Assembly: GCA_964016885.1 (NCBI GenBank) | Contig: OZ024742.1 | Span: 346,146,001-346,210,000 of the forward strand | Direction: 5' to 3' | DNA: 64,000 bases | Source of the DNA: Eledone cirrhosa | Taxonomy: Eukaryota | Part shown: in pieces, positions 30,832 through 45,323 of the stretch | Numbering within the stretch: the stretch's first letter is position 1 | Layout of the letters: each line of letters starts with the position of its first letter | Made by a program: the position numbers and the translations under genes | Notes under the pieces: generated by a model | The model's input: only the letters and a program-made list of their open reading frames with translations | What the model was told of the DNA's origin: nothing | The model's database searches: none

Positions 30832-31359
30832 ATTTATCTATGTTCATATACAGAACAAGTAAGCGCTACTATAGGTTTCAAGTTGTAGCCATCTCCTCAA
30901 ACTGTGCTCGGTTGTGCAGAATGCGCGGAGGAGCGATCAGAGCTGTGACCTAGCAATCAGACGTTGGGACAAGTTTTAAAATATATGTGTATATATATAA
31001 AGGCATGCGCTAAGTAATTGAATTAGACGATAAATATATATCTGTGTATATATAATATAGAGGTTACCGAGGGTACCTGTAATAGAGTATATAGACACCT
31101 TATGTTTTAAGTCTTTCCCTGTTAATTGAAAAAAACTGATAAATATTTTAAACCTATTTGGGGTTCCATCAGAAGATATGTATATCACAATAAATGCGTA
31201 ACTGACGGTCTTTTATACTCTATCATTAGATATTATTAGCGCTCATATTGTTAGTTGATTTTGATATACATTAAGTTGTGCGCTAAACAGCCGAAGTATA
31301 CGATAACCTTATATCTATCTATCTCTCCCCCTCTCCCTTTCACTCTCTCTCTCTCTCTA

Positions 31360-31805
31360 TCTATCTATATATACATATAAACTAACAAAACAAATCAGAC
31401 ACACACAGATAGAACAAGTAAAAAAAAACATAAATAAATAAATAAAAAAACACACACACCCGAATGTAACACATGTGCAAACTAAAGACACAACGCACAA
31501 CACACAACATACAACACACAACACACAACGCACAATAGTGTGAAGGACAGAACAAAGGAGAGTCACACAAAAGAAAAACCTAGTCACTGAGGAGATCACA
31601 GAATGTGTGACGAAAGAGCTTTAAGAATATATAAACAACTTTCCGGTTATCGAACCAACCAACCGGAAACATAATAAATTGAAGAGAAAACCGACAGGTG
31701 CGTGTGTTTTTATTGGCAACATGACCCTCCCAAAGTATAACAATATCTGTTTCAACACACGTTTTCAGATAAGAAATCTCGGAAAACAAATTAAAAAACG
31801 AAGTA
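31360..31805 (+). mobile_element. Diverged PLE 3'UTR/pseudo-LTR (family of 51200-51752) with eroded HHR at ~31583-31620
   Basis: agtca-CTGAGGA-gatcacagaatgtgtgac-GAAAG; downstream atgaccctcccaaagtataacaatat. Confidence 0.75.
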
Positions 31806-31914
31806 TATATATAGATATATAGTAAAAATGTATCCGACACTGCATAACTATGCATATATATTCTCACATTGAGTATCTAGACATGAATATGTTAAATTTT
31901 GTATGGAATTTTTA

Positions 31915-32345
31915 GAAAACTAAACAGTCAGTATTAGATGAGAGGAAACCTAAATATTTTGATGACACTCTGCCTTATTCTGACTCCTACATAAGATGTT
32001 TAGAAAACAGATCAATATTAGATGAGAGAAACCTAAATATTTTGATGACACACTGCCTTATTCTGACTCCTACATAAGATGTTTAGAAAACAGATCAATA
32101 TTAGATGAGAGAAACCTAAATATTTTGATGACACACTGCCTTATTCTGACTCCTACATAAGATGTTTAGAAAACAGATCTATATTAGATGAGAGAAACCT
32201 AAATATTTTGATGACACACTGCCTTATTCTTAATATTACATAAGATGTTTAGAAAACTAACCAGATCAGTATTAGATGAGAGGAACCTAAATATTTTGAT
32301 GACTCTCTGTATTCTTCTGACTCGTACATAAGATGTTTAGAAAAC
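31915..32345. repeat. Minisatellite, ~82-bp unit x5
   Basis: tattagatgagagaaacctaaatattttgatgacacactgccttattctgactcctacataagatgtttagaaaacagatc repeated. Confidence 0.9.
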
Positions 32346-33029
32346 TGAATAATCATCTTCTGTAGATGCATTCAGCAAAGATGATAGAATAACTCTACAA
32401 AATGTGAACAAAAGATTAGATCCTCAGATGTCACTGGGTTTCATTACTACTGTATTCAAATTCAACAGCAGGTGAAACCTCCTGGAAAACCCGCCTCCCT
32501 CCCCTTAAAATAAAAAAAATAAAAACAGTAAGATGATATTGAATCATTCAATCAACATTTAGAAATAGGATTAGAATTCTCTCAAAAGGAATTCTCCCCC
32601 CCCCCTCTCCCTAAACACGTTTCTCTCTTTCTCTTAAATAATGATTCGCTCTCTCTAACCGTCTCTCTCTATATATATATCTCTCTGAAATAATGTTTTT
32701 CTCACTCTCTCTAATCATGTCTCTCTCTTTCTAAATATGTTTCTCTCCCTCCCTCTGTCTCTCTCTTTCTAATCATGTCTCTCCCTCCCTGTCCCCCTCT
32801 CATTCTCTCTAATCATTGAACTTTCCTTAAAAGACACAATTCTAGTAGAATTTCTATAAACATAATACCACGTCTAACACAATTGCATGTCTAACACAAT
32901 AGACAAATGTAAACCTTACAGTGTTATATTCTACTACGGGGTCGCCTATAAAACCAGTGCAGTATAGAAAATATATCTTCAAAATAATGGTTCCTGATTG
33001 AGGAACAACAAGGCCAACAATTTTGAGAG

Positions 33030-33595
33030 AGGGGAAAGTCTATTAAATCGACCCCAGTGCGTTACTGGTGCTTTATTTAATCGACCCCCGTGAGGATGAT
33101 AGGCACAGCGAACCTCGGCTGGATGTGAACTCAGAACATAAAGAGACTCAACTCTATGATGCAAAGCATGTTGTCCGACACTCTGCCGGAATGGTCAACC
33201 CACTGCCTTAAAATACTAACAATGAAACGTGTTGAAGTCTTATATATCAGCTACAATTAATGAAACACATAGAAAATTCAACCTCACCATACACTATGCA
33301 CTACCTTATCAAAATATACGTGGAGAAGAAGAAGGAGAGGATAAGAAACTTGTAAGAAATGTGTGTGGTTGTGAAAGGATAAATGGTAGTGATAGTTTAA
33401 TAATTGTTTCTACTTTTGGCACGAGACCAGCAATTATCCCAGTACATTACTGGTACTTTATTTTATCGACCTCCGTAAGGATGAAAGGCAAAGTTAACCT
33501 CGGCGGGATTTGAACTCAGAATGGCAAGGGCCGTAACTCTATGCGTCAAAGCATAGCGTCCGACCCTCTACCGATACTGCCAATCCAACGCCATT
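33030..33595 (-). mobile_element. Two tRNA-headed SINE copies (~33030-33210 and ~33398-33595)
   Basis: tactggtactttattttatcgacc...ggatgaaaggcaaagttaacctcggcgggatttgaactcaga; A and B boxes on the minus strand. Confidence 0.8.
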
Positions 33596-33769
33596 AAGCT
33601 TAATAGTGAATAGTGAAAGCCTTCTATGTTCGATATAAAACTGGAATGTAAAATAGTTTAGGACGACATGTATGATAAAGTGAATTGAAAAATAAACAAG
33701 ATGATTTCAGATGTATTTTCTATAAATGAAAATAGATTCTTCTAACCCTCATGGCATTCTTTGTATATT

Positions 33770-33802
<33 letters not shown>

Positions 33803-33847
33803 ATATATATGTATGTATATATATATATATGTGTGTGTACGTATATA

Positions 33848-33903
<56 letters not shown>

Positions 33904-34001
33904 CGTGTGTGTGTGTATGTATGTATATATATATATACATGTATATATATGTATGTATATATATATATATATGTGTGTATATACATACATGTATATATAT
34001 G

Positions 34002-34080
<79 letters not shown>

Positions 34081-34105
34081 CATATATATGTGTGTATATA
34101 CATAC

Positions 34106-34742
<637 letters not shown>

Positions 34743-34752
34743 ATATATGTAC

Positions 34753-34804
<52 letters not shown>

Positions 34805-35064
34805 GTGTGTGTGTATTACTATACACAAAAAATGGTGCGTATAAAATGCTTACGAAGCTTTATATATTTGTGTCTTTTTATATACACGTAAAAGTACTGG
34901 TGTAAGTTTTTATGGAATTTGTGTATACGGGTATGTATATATTTTATGTATGTATATATTTTATGTATGTATGAAGGTATGTATGTATGTATGTATGTAT
35001 TTATATATTTTATGTATGTATATATTTTATGTATGTATGTATATATTTTTTTGTATGTATGTTA

Positions 35065-35606
35065 TTGTCGGGTCACTCTTGAGTCCTACTGTAACATGTA
35101 ACCCAGTACTACCTGTCGCATGGTCGGCTTGTCGGCGACTAAACCGGCAACGCCACCATGTTTACTGTTTGAGGAGGATGAATTTGGACACCCTGCAGGA
35201 CAAAAAACAAAACGTGACAAAGAGCGGAAGAACTCATAATTGTCAACGGCCATCCGAAAGTGTGTATCCGAATATGTATATACATATGTACCGCGCGGTT
35301 AAACCACTGGGAGTGAAGGACCCCTAGCCTTTGTCAGGGCATTCTTCTAGGAGAAGGCAACTCAGGAAACTGGGATAACTCCGATATAAAACCTGCGGCC
35401 CAGTAGTTACCGAAGATGTTGACCTTTTCTTCTTTTCGGGTTATAGCTACTGTCGCTCAGAGAGTGGGATTGGCTCAGTGCACAGTCTTTCCTCACTTTA
35501 AAAAAATATCTTCACGCACAGGCATTGCACGATAGAATTAATAAATAATTATTAATAATTTATATCGTGCAATGGCCATACTCGATAACGAGGGGGCAGC
35601 CATCAT
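35065..35606 (+). mobile_element. Non-autonomous retroelement ending in (TATG)n, RTE-UTR-like; relatives at 56797-57430 (-)
   Basis: Shares ttctaggagaagg.aactc...gatgttgac...agagagtggga.tggct and the terminal ggcc.tactcga.aacgag..ggcagcca.cat with the minus-strand copies. Confidence 0.6.
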
Positions 35607-35896
35607 ATATATATGTATGTATGTATGTGTGTAAGTATGTATGTATGTATATATGTATGTATATATGTATGTATATATGTATGTATGTATGTATATCTGT
35701 ATGCATGTATGTATGTATGTATATATGTTTGTTTGTATGTATGTTTGTATATATGTATCTATGTATATATGTATGTATATATGTATGTATATATGTATGT
35801 ATGCATGTATGTATGTATGTATGTATGTGTATGCCTGTATGTATATATGCATGTATGTATACATGTGTGTATATATTACGCATACAATTAAATATA

Positions 35897-36088
35897 TTAA
35901 TACTTGTTTCTACTTTTTTGGCACAAGGCCAGCAATTATCCCAGTACATTACTGGTACTTTATTTTATCGACCCCGTAAGGATGAAAGGCAAAGTTAACC
36001 TCGGCGGGAATTGAACTCAGATCGTAAAGGGACGTAACTATGCTGGAAAACATAATCCAGCCCTCTACCGATACGGCCAATTCACCGT
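35897..36088 (-). mobile_element. tRNA-headed SINE
   Basis: Same family as 33398-33595. Confidence 0.8.
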
Positions 36089-36145
36089 ACTGTTTTATGA
36101 ATATGTGTACGTATGTGTTTGTCTGTATGGGTGTTCATGTGTGTG

Positions 36146-36178
<33 letters not shown>

Positions 36179-36642
36179 AAATATATCTGTATGTATGTTT
36201 ATACACCCACAATGGCGTTTTATATATATATGTATGATTGAATGTATGTTTATATACACATAAAGATGTGTATTAAAGTAGTTATAGCATTTTATGTATA
36301 TAAATAATATGAATACGTGTATGTATATATGCTATGTATATATGTTATACACATAATGTTGTATATAACAATGTTTATCGTGTACATGCGTATTTTATCT
36401 ATATGTGCGTATATATGTACTTTTATATATTCACATAATGGTGTATATGAAAATACTTATGGTATTTTACGCTGTATCAGTATATATACTTTTATATACA
36501 CTTAATATTAATATTAATATTAATATTCGTGAGATAAACCTGTAAAGACTCGTGGCCTAGTGGTTAGGGTGTTGGACATAAACTTAAGTACACACATCAA
36601 CACACACATATTCACACACACACGCACACACACACACATATA

Positions 36643-36826
36643 TAATAATTGTTTCTACTTTTGGCACAAGGCCAGCAATTAACCAGTACATTACTGGTAC
36701 TTTATTTTATCGACCCCGTAAGGATGAAAGGCAAAGTTAAACTCGATGGGATTTGAACTCAGACCGTAAAGGGACGTAACTATGCTAGGAAGCATGGCGT
36801 CCGACCCTCTACCGATACTGCCATTT
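36643..36826 (-). mobile_element. tRNA-headed SINE
   Basis: Same family. Confidence 0.8.
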
Positions 36827-37314
36827 CATACGAGCCAGACAAATAGATATCGCCGTTGTGAACACAGTCAATGATTTTACGAAAAGTTAATAACATTTGA
36901 TTCGTTTACAATTATGCGAACAAGCCTCATTTTTATAGCCAAGTCAGTAGAATGAACTCTTCATTCTTGTTCTTGTATTGGCATGTAAACAGAACTGCAG
37001 ACACTAATGTTTCTGGCTATCACCCTTCATCAGTACAGCTCACCCGCCAACTGTCAGAGCTAGTGTAAATATATGGTATCTTCTAAAATATAGAGTGACT
37101 GATCGGCTTGTTTGCATAATTGCAAACGAATCGAATTTTATTATTGATATTCGAAAAACTCAGATTTCATTTATTGTATTCAGCCATGTAGAGCGAAAAT
37201 TTTCTTATATATATATACACATATATACATATATACATATATACATATATACATATATATATACATATATATATACATATATACATATATAAATATATAT
37301 ATATACATATATAC

Positions 37315-37347
<33 letters not shown>

Positions 37348-37356
37348 CATATATAC

Positions 37357-37435
<79 letters not shown>

Positions 37436-37534
37436 TATTATATGTATATACATATATATGAATATATGTATATACATATATATATATGTATGTATATATG
37501 TATGTATATATGTATGTATATATGTATATATATG

Positions 37535-37619
<85 letters not shown>

Positions 37620-37756
37620 TAGAAAATGTCGGGGCCCGACGGCTGAGCTCTTACCGTTTCAGTAGCTAGTTCCAGGCTTTAATATTGGTACACTCTACTA
37701 TCCTAAGTATTGATACTCTATTGAATAATGGCCTAACTAGTTTATAGTGGTTTAAT

Positions 37757-37836
<80 letters not shown>

Positions 37837-39071
37837 CTAGAAATTGATTAACATATAATTTTGGATATAGATATATAAATACGGCTCCTTAATTGTAGAG
37901 CTAATTCTGTTCAAAGGACTCAACTGCTGTTTCTAGTTGTCGATAACCCTATTCACGCCATTGGGACGAAGCTAGTATGATGTGTGTATTTCTAATAGAT
38001 ATAGCACGTGTTGCTGGCCAGTCGCTGATTTGCACTTGAAGTGTAAAAACGGATCGCTGGAACTTCATCCTTGTTGAAAATCCAAGTCTCCACTTCCGTG
38101 GTTTACCATCCGATTAATTGGTGAAATATATTTCTTTAATGTAATATATACAGGGAAGATTAATCATATAAGGTATCTATTTTTGAAGTTCTGGTCAACT
38201 TTATTTAGTTACCTACCTAGCTATGTGTGGTTACACACTTGTAAAAATTATCTCCTGTGATTATTCATGTTTATTTATATGTTAATCAATTTCTAGTTAT
38301 TATAATATGATCGGACCTACTCGTTAGAATCTTAGAGCTTATTTTGCGGGTGATATGGCGCATGTCTTTCTGGCATGACAGTCATAATTTTGATTTAGAT
38401 TAAATTAATTTGATTTATCTTAATTTTGGATATATATATATATATATATATAATGTAGGAGGTGAGTTTTATTGTAGCACAATAAAGCAATGCAAATATC
38501 GGATAAGTAGCACTCTATATTTAAAATACTTTATATATAGAATACTTGGAGCTCTTTTAACCATCTTTTGATCTCATATTATATATGAAAATAGGGAGAA
38601 AAGGACGATTATTAGGAAGAAAATTATTTTTCTTTCCTTTTATTTTTTCTCTTTTCTCTGGGTTAGAAAATGTTTAAAACAAAATATTTGACTTTGTGTG
38701 AAGTGTTAAGGTATTAGTTAATTTATTTATTAATTAACAATGGCATTTATTTATTTACATATTTAATAATTGTCTATTACTGGTTTCAGCATTTTATGCA
38801 TTATCAAAGGGGGGAATTTGTATTGGTGTAAAATGTTGGTGATGTTGGTGATGTTGATCATGTTAAGGAAATGGTGAAGAAAGAATAATATTATTTACAA
38901 ACAAGGTTTTTGAAGTAAAAAGAAAAAAGAAAAAAAAAGGGGTGATGTGAAACATGATAAGGTAATGGGAAAGAAAAAATAATATTATTTACAGGCATAG
39001 TTCTGGAAGATAAGCAATTCAAATTGTGTGATTATGGCAAGAGATTATGGCAAGAGCGCTTAGTTGATCCA

Positions 39072-39133
<62 letters not shown>

Positions 39134-39218
39134 GTGAGGTTTTTTTTTACAAAATGAAAAATAACCGAGCTGTCAAAAATAACCAACGGTCAAAAATACA
39201 GATATAATATAGACACAA

Positions 39219-39246
<28 letters not shown>

Positions 39247-39254
<8 letters not shown>

Positions 39255-39588
39255 AGATCAAAAGATGGTTAAAGGAGTTCCATATATTTTATTATGCGCA
39301 TTTCAAAAACAAACATCATCAAGCAATAATATTTGTGTTTTCATCAGATAAAACAGGAGAACATGATATGAAGGCTAAAAAACACTTGTTGATAGTGCAG
39401 TTTTAAATCAACATATCCATATGTTGATTTAAAACTGCACTATCAACAAGTGTTTTTTAGCCTTCATATCATGTTCTCCTGTTTTATCTGATGAAAACAC
39501 AAATATTATTGCTTGATGATGTTTGTTTTTGAAATGCGCATAATAAAATATATGGAACTCCTTTAACCATCTTTTGATCTTATATTAT
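39247..39588. mobile_element. Perfect fold-back (2-nt spacer at 39417-39418) with one HHR per arm
   Basis: Plus-strand HHR 39482-39548: ttttat-CTGATGA-aaac...tttt-GAAA-tgcgca-TA|ataaaa; mirror at 39287-39353. Related pieces at ~38450-38585. Confidence 0.8.
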
Positions 39589-39671
39589 GCATACTCCAGT
39601 CCCACAAACTGTAGAGTGCTTCTTATCCGTTATCTGCATTGCTTTATTGTACTACAATAAAACTCACCTCC

Positions 39672-39824
<153 letters not shown>

Positions 39825-39827
39825 ATA

Positions 39828-40006
<179 letters not shown>

Positions 40007-40009
40007 GAT

Positions 40010-40062
<53 letters not shown>

Positions 40063-40075
40063 GATTATATATATA

Positions 40076-40106
<31 letters not shown>

Positions 40107-40125
40107 GATTATATATATATATATA

Positions 40126-40171
<46 letters not shown>

Positions 40172-40174
40172 TAC

Positions 40175-40209
<35 letters not shown>

Positions 40210-40244
40210 TATACATTCATATATATATATAACGGCGATGAATT

Positions 40245-40760
40245 AGTTTTGCGAGGTTTTTGATATGAAATTGTGTGTCGAAACAAATATTGTTATACTT
40301 GGGGAGGGTCATATTTGTGTAATAATATTGCCAGAAAATTAATAACAGAACACACTCACTATTTGGTAGGTTTTCGCTTCTGTATCTTTTATATCAGTTA
40401 ATTTAATTTATTCGGTCCTCAATGTTACCATTGACAGACCAACGGTCAAAAATACAGATATAATATAGACACAAACACATATATATAGTCTAACAAAGTT
40501 CTTTCGTTGCAACATCGTCAGTGGTGCTATTATGTTTCCTCCTGTTGTATTGTATGTCTACGCCATTTTTATTTAATCTGTTTATTTATTTATTTTTGTT
40601 TTCTCTGCGCATGCGTTTGCTTGTGTGTATAGTGTTTGGAGTGTGTTCGTGTTTGGGTGACTGTGTTTTGGTTATTGTATTCCATCTTAGATTACTAGTG
40701 TGTGTTTATACGTGTTTGTTGTTATTGTGCTTGTGTATTTATTTATTTATTTATTTATTT
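40245..40760 (-). mobile_element. Diverged PLE pseudo-LTR (family of 57-741) with shortened HHR at ~40495-40523
   Basis: Matches 57-407. Minus strand ca-CTGACGA-tgttgcaac-GAAAG-aa-CTT|tg. Confidence 0.7.
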
Positions 40761-40850
40761 ATTTGATTCATTTTTCTATTCTGAAACATCCAAATTCGAC
40801 AAAATATTTGCCCTACAAGACTCTGCAAATAACCTGAAAGAAGTTCTGAA

Positions 40851-41327
40851 CAGTGGCGGACTGGCCCAGTTGCCATGTTGCCCAATGGCAAGTGGGCTCC
40901 AGTGGGCTCACAGTATCATTTCAAGAGCCCACAGTAGCATTGCAGGGCCCACTGTAGTATTTTAGGGGCCAATACTTTGCTTTCAAAAAATACCTAAAAT
41001 TGAAGAGAAAGAATAAAATAAAATAAAATAAAATAAAATAAAATAAATAAAACAATTAAGCAAAGCATTTGGTCAACCAATTCCCCAGGAAATTAATAAA
41101 AACCAAAATTTACGATAGTGCAAATAGCTGGAATCGGTGATTGTACATTTTACTAAATCTAAAGCTTAGAGTATTCATTCATGCATGCAAACATACATAT
41201 ATAGACACAGACACACAAGAATATATATATATGTGTTTATATACTTACACACGAACTACTGACCAAATAATATTTGGTATCAATGGGTTAAAGACATCTT
41301 AGAGAGAGGGAGAAAGGGAGGGAGAGA

Positions 41328-41396
<69 letters not shown>

Positions 41397-42124
41397 GAGG
41401 TGCAACAGAAATGAAACATGGATTACAGGTTAAAATGTAGTCTAGATAGATGAGAAACAAAACGAGGATGTAGTTTATGGAACACCCAAATGATTTAGAA
41501 TTCGACCTTAAGTAGGAGCAATAGCATTAAGAAAGTAAGTTTATAAGTAAGATTTTAGTAGTTGTCTCTGTGGCCCAGCGTTAGGTACTAGAGACGGTGG
41601 CGATCCTGGCCGTGGGTTCAATCCCGGTCAAGAAGTACATGGAACATTTTTTTCAGTTTTTATTTTACAACCCATAGAAAAAAACTGAAAAGGTTTACTG
41701 GGAACACTACTTTCGACGAGGATCGAACTTCAGACCAAGATCCCCACTGTCTATGATTCCTCCAACTAGGCTACCGAGACAGCTACAAAAGTATAATGAA
41801 AATTGATAATTATAAACCTACTTTCAAAATCAAAGTTAAAAAAATGTGGTGTTGTTCATGGCTTTCCTATAGCTATTAGTCATATTTGGGGTCGACTTCT
41901 GGTTATTATTGAAAGTCTCTGGATTTCGCAAAATACATAAAAAAATTTATTTGAGAAGGTAAGATATATTTCCAAAAAAATTTGATTGCACTGTTTTGTT
42001 GCCACTTATGTATTTTTTGAAAACGTTATTTATTTATTATAAAAATTAAATGCTAGCATTCTATATGTAGGTGGGCCCCCTTCATCTCCTGGTAACCAAT
42101 ATTTTTAGAACCAATCCGCCACTG
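40851..42124. mobile_element. hAT-superfamily non-autonomous DNA transposon
   Basis: TIRs cagtggcggactgg / ccaatccgccactg. 8-bp TSD gttctgaa / gttgtgaa (1 mismatch). Confidence 0.8.
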
Positions 42125-42467
42125 GTTGTGAAAGTTGCATAAATATTTTTATATATTTTCTCAAACCAATCGTTGTTTACATTTTACATCTTATTTACAC
42201 CCTAATGTATTTTAATCAAACATGGCTAAATTCCAAATTTTGAAAAGAAAAGAAAACGGACAAATGATATAGCTACATTTCTCTGCTTCCACTACCACAA
42301 TAACATCTACACTCTCCCCACCACCACATTTACACTTTCACAAGTCAATCCCCAACCTATCTTTAGACTAAGTCACTGACCTGCTACCAAACTCTCTACT
42401 GTTGACAGTGTGTTGGTATGTATATATATGTATATATATCATTCAGTCAAAACTATCAACGTTCAAC

Positions 42468-42492
42468 GAATACCAACATCTACAACACCACC

Positions 42493-42524
<32 letters not shown>

Positions 42525-42920
42525 CAATAACATCAGAACGAACACCAACACCAATATCTACAACAACAACATGAAAAGGAACAACACCAACACCAATATC
42601 TACAATAACAACATGAAAAGGAACAACACCAACACCAATATCTACAACAACAACATGAAAAGGAACAACACCAACACCAATATCTACAATAACAACATGA
42701 AAAGGAACAACACCAACACCAATATCTACAATAACAACAGCATCCAAACACCAATACCAATATCTACAACATGAACATCAGGAGGAACGACACCAACATC
42801 TACAACAACAACAGCGGCATCAAACGATAAAAAGCCAAACAACAACATCAACCACCACCACCACCACCACCACCACTCGGTCAACGATCAACCCTTATGA
42901 AAACAACAACAACAACAACG
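42468..42920. repeat. (AAC/ACC)-rich tract with a 39-bp tandem repeat x~5
   Basis: aacaccaacaccaatatctacaa(c/t)aacaacatgaaaagg units. Confidence 0.9.
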
Positions 42921-42983
42921 ATAATTCTAAACAGTAACACACTAACAGCTTCAATTGTACCAACTCTTACCACATCTATAGTA

Positions 42984-43153
42984 TTAATAATTGTTTCTAC
43001 TTTTGGCACGAGGCCAGCAATTAACCAGTGCATTACTGGTAATTTATTTTATCGACCCCGTAAGGATGAAAGGCAAAGTTAACCTCGGCGGGATTTGAAC
43101 TCAGATCATAAAGGGCCGTAACTCTATGCTACAAAGCATGACGTCCGACCCTC
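42984..43153 (-). mobile_element. tRNA-headed SINE (truncated)
   Basis: Same family. Confidence 0.8.
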
Positions 43154-43154
43154 T

Positions 43155-44930
43155 TTTCTCTGAAGAGGATGCATGTTGCAGATTTTGGTGAGGATTGGCC
43201 GACCTTTAAAAAGTCGGGTTTTGATGTAGGGAGGCGTGTTTTAGGATTGGTGCAGAGAAAGCATCAAGAATGGTTTAAAGGAAATGATGAACATATAGAT
43301 GAATTGTTGGTTGATAAGTGGCGTGCTCTGTCACGCTACTTGGCAGCGAAGCCACAGGAGAAGAATATGTTGCATAAGGAACTCAAGGATGTGAAATCAC
43401 GTGTGAGGCAGAGGCTTTCTCAGATGAAGGATAAGTGGTGGAATGAGATTCCAATAACACAAAGCTGTTGTACAGTCCCTTGCGTAAAGTTTATGAACCG
43501 TCTTCTTTGGTGACACCGATTCATAGCAGAGATGGCAAGGAACTTCTTTGTGACTCACAAGAAATTCTGCGAAGGTGACGAGAGCACTTTCATGAACTTT
43601 TGAATCAGCCATCTGTCGATAATGAAGATTTCCTCAATCTCATTTCTGAAAAACCTGTCAAAGTAGCTCTCGCAGAATCACCGACGCTTGAGGAGGTTGC
43701 AGTAGCTATCTCGAAGCTGAACAGTAGAAGGTTTCCAGATATGGATGGCATACATGCAGAGCTCTTACAATATGGTGGTGACAGACATCTGCTACATCTT
43801 CACTCTTTGTTTGGCAGGATATAGGCTAGTGAATTCGCACCTCAGGACTGGAGAGATGCAGTAATGGTAGTCTTTTAGAAGGGAAAGGGTAACACGAATT
43901 ATTGTGGAAACTACAGGGGTATTTTCATTGCTTTCTGTCGTAGGAAAAATGTTATGTAGGGTGCTTCTGGACCGTCTGCTGACATACATTGCTGATTGTG
44001 CTCTTCCTGAAAGTCAATCTGGTTTTCGTGCTGGACGTGGCACTGCTGATATGATCTTCTCAGCTAGACAGCTCCAGGCGAAGTGTGTGGAACAAGGTTT
44101 GGATCTGTATCAGGTTTTTGTTGATCTGACAAAAGCTTTCGATACTGTTAACAGAAATGCATTGTGAAAGGTTCTCCGGGAACTTGGTTGCTCTGAGAAG
44201 TTCCTTGCTTTGGTTAGGTCTTTCCATGACGACATGAAGGCTTGGGTTAATGCCGGAGCCTATCTCAGTAAAAAATGGAGTGAAACAGGGGGGTATTCCA
44301 GCACCGACCTTGTTTGCCATATACTTTGCAATGGTTTTCTATATTGCATTCAGGAATTGCAAGCATGGTGTTTACATCTACTATCGAACCTCAGACAGCA
44401 GATTTAACACCAGACGCTTTTCTGCAAAAACAAAAGTATTTACCTCTATCAAAAGAGACCTCTTCTATGCAGATGATTGCAATCTTGTCGAGCACACAGA
44501 GAGTGATATGCAGCACATTTTGAATGCATTTTCTGATCTACTTGCACTGCACTAGGATTGACTGTCAGTCTCAAGAAAACCGTCGTCGTGTACCAACCTG
44601 CCCCTGGTAAGCAGTACAGTGAACCAAACATCTATGTGTATGGTAAACGACTTGGAGAGGTTGATCAGTTTGCCTACCTGGGAAGCACTGTAAATCGATA
44701 CAGCAACCTTGATAATGAAATTCCAATCAGGACTAGGAAAGCAGGTGATGCTTTCAGAAAGCTAGAAAGGCAACTCAGGTTTCGGCGAGACATATGCAGG
44801 AGGACAAAGGTAAAGGTGTACAAGGCATGTGTGCTCTCTTCTCTTCTTTACGCCTTGGAGACCTGGGTCACATATCGACACCACCTTAAACAATTGGAGC
44901 GTTTCCATCAGATGTGTCTCAGACGGATAT
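43155..44930 (+). pseudogene. RTE (BovB-like) LINE fragment, decayed reverse transcriptase
   Basis: RKHQEWF, DGIHAELL, LPESQSGFRAGRGTADMIF, FVDLTKAFDTVNR, GVKQG, LFYADD, FAYLGS, LLYALETW. Many frameshifts; truncated at both ends. Confidence 0.9.
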
Positions 44931-45285
44931 ATATATAACGAAAGAGTTGTGGTAAGGAACCAGATGGACCATAACGCACCAGAGTACTAAACCCACCAGA
45001 CTAAAAAAAGTCTTACTTTAGTCCAGAAATAGCCGTCGAAACGACGTGAACTCTGCAGTCGGGGTCACACATTCTCATATATATATATATATATAATAAC
45101 TAGAAATTGATTAACATATAAATATATATTTATATGTTAATCAATTAACATAAATTATTATAAGATGCTCGGACCTACTCATTAGAATCTTAGAGCTTAT
45201 TTTGCGGGTGATATGGCGCATGTCTTTCTGGCATGACACCCATAATTTTGATTTAGATTAAATTCATTTGATTTATCTTAATTTT

Positions 45286-45319
<34 letters not shown>

Positions 45320-45323
<4 letters not shown>

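Noticed and set aside
31915-32345. 82-bp tandem repeat as a CRISPR array, zinc-finger exon or HHR satellite
   Set aside because: No unique spacers, the unit is not a multiple of 3, no Cys/His pattern, and TTGATGA/GAAAC do not form HHR stems.
42418-42774. Asn-rich repeat ORF
   Set aside because: Product of an AAC-rich minisatellite; no other evidence of coding.
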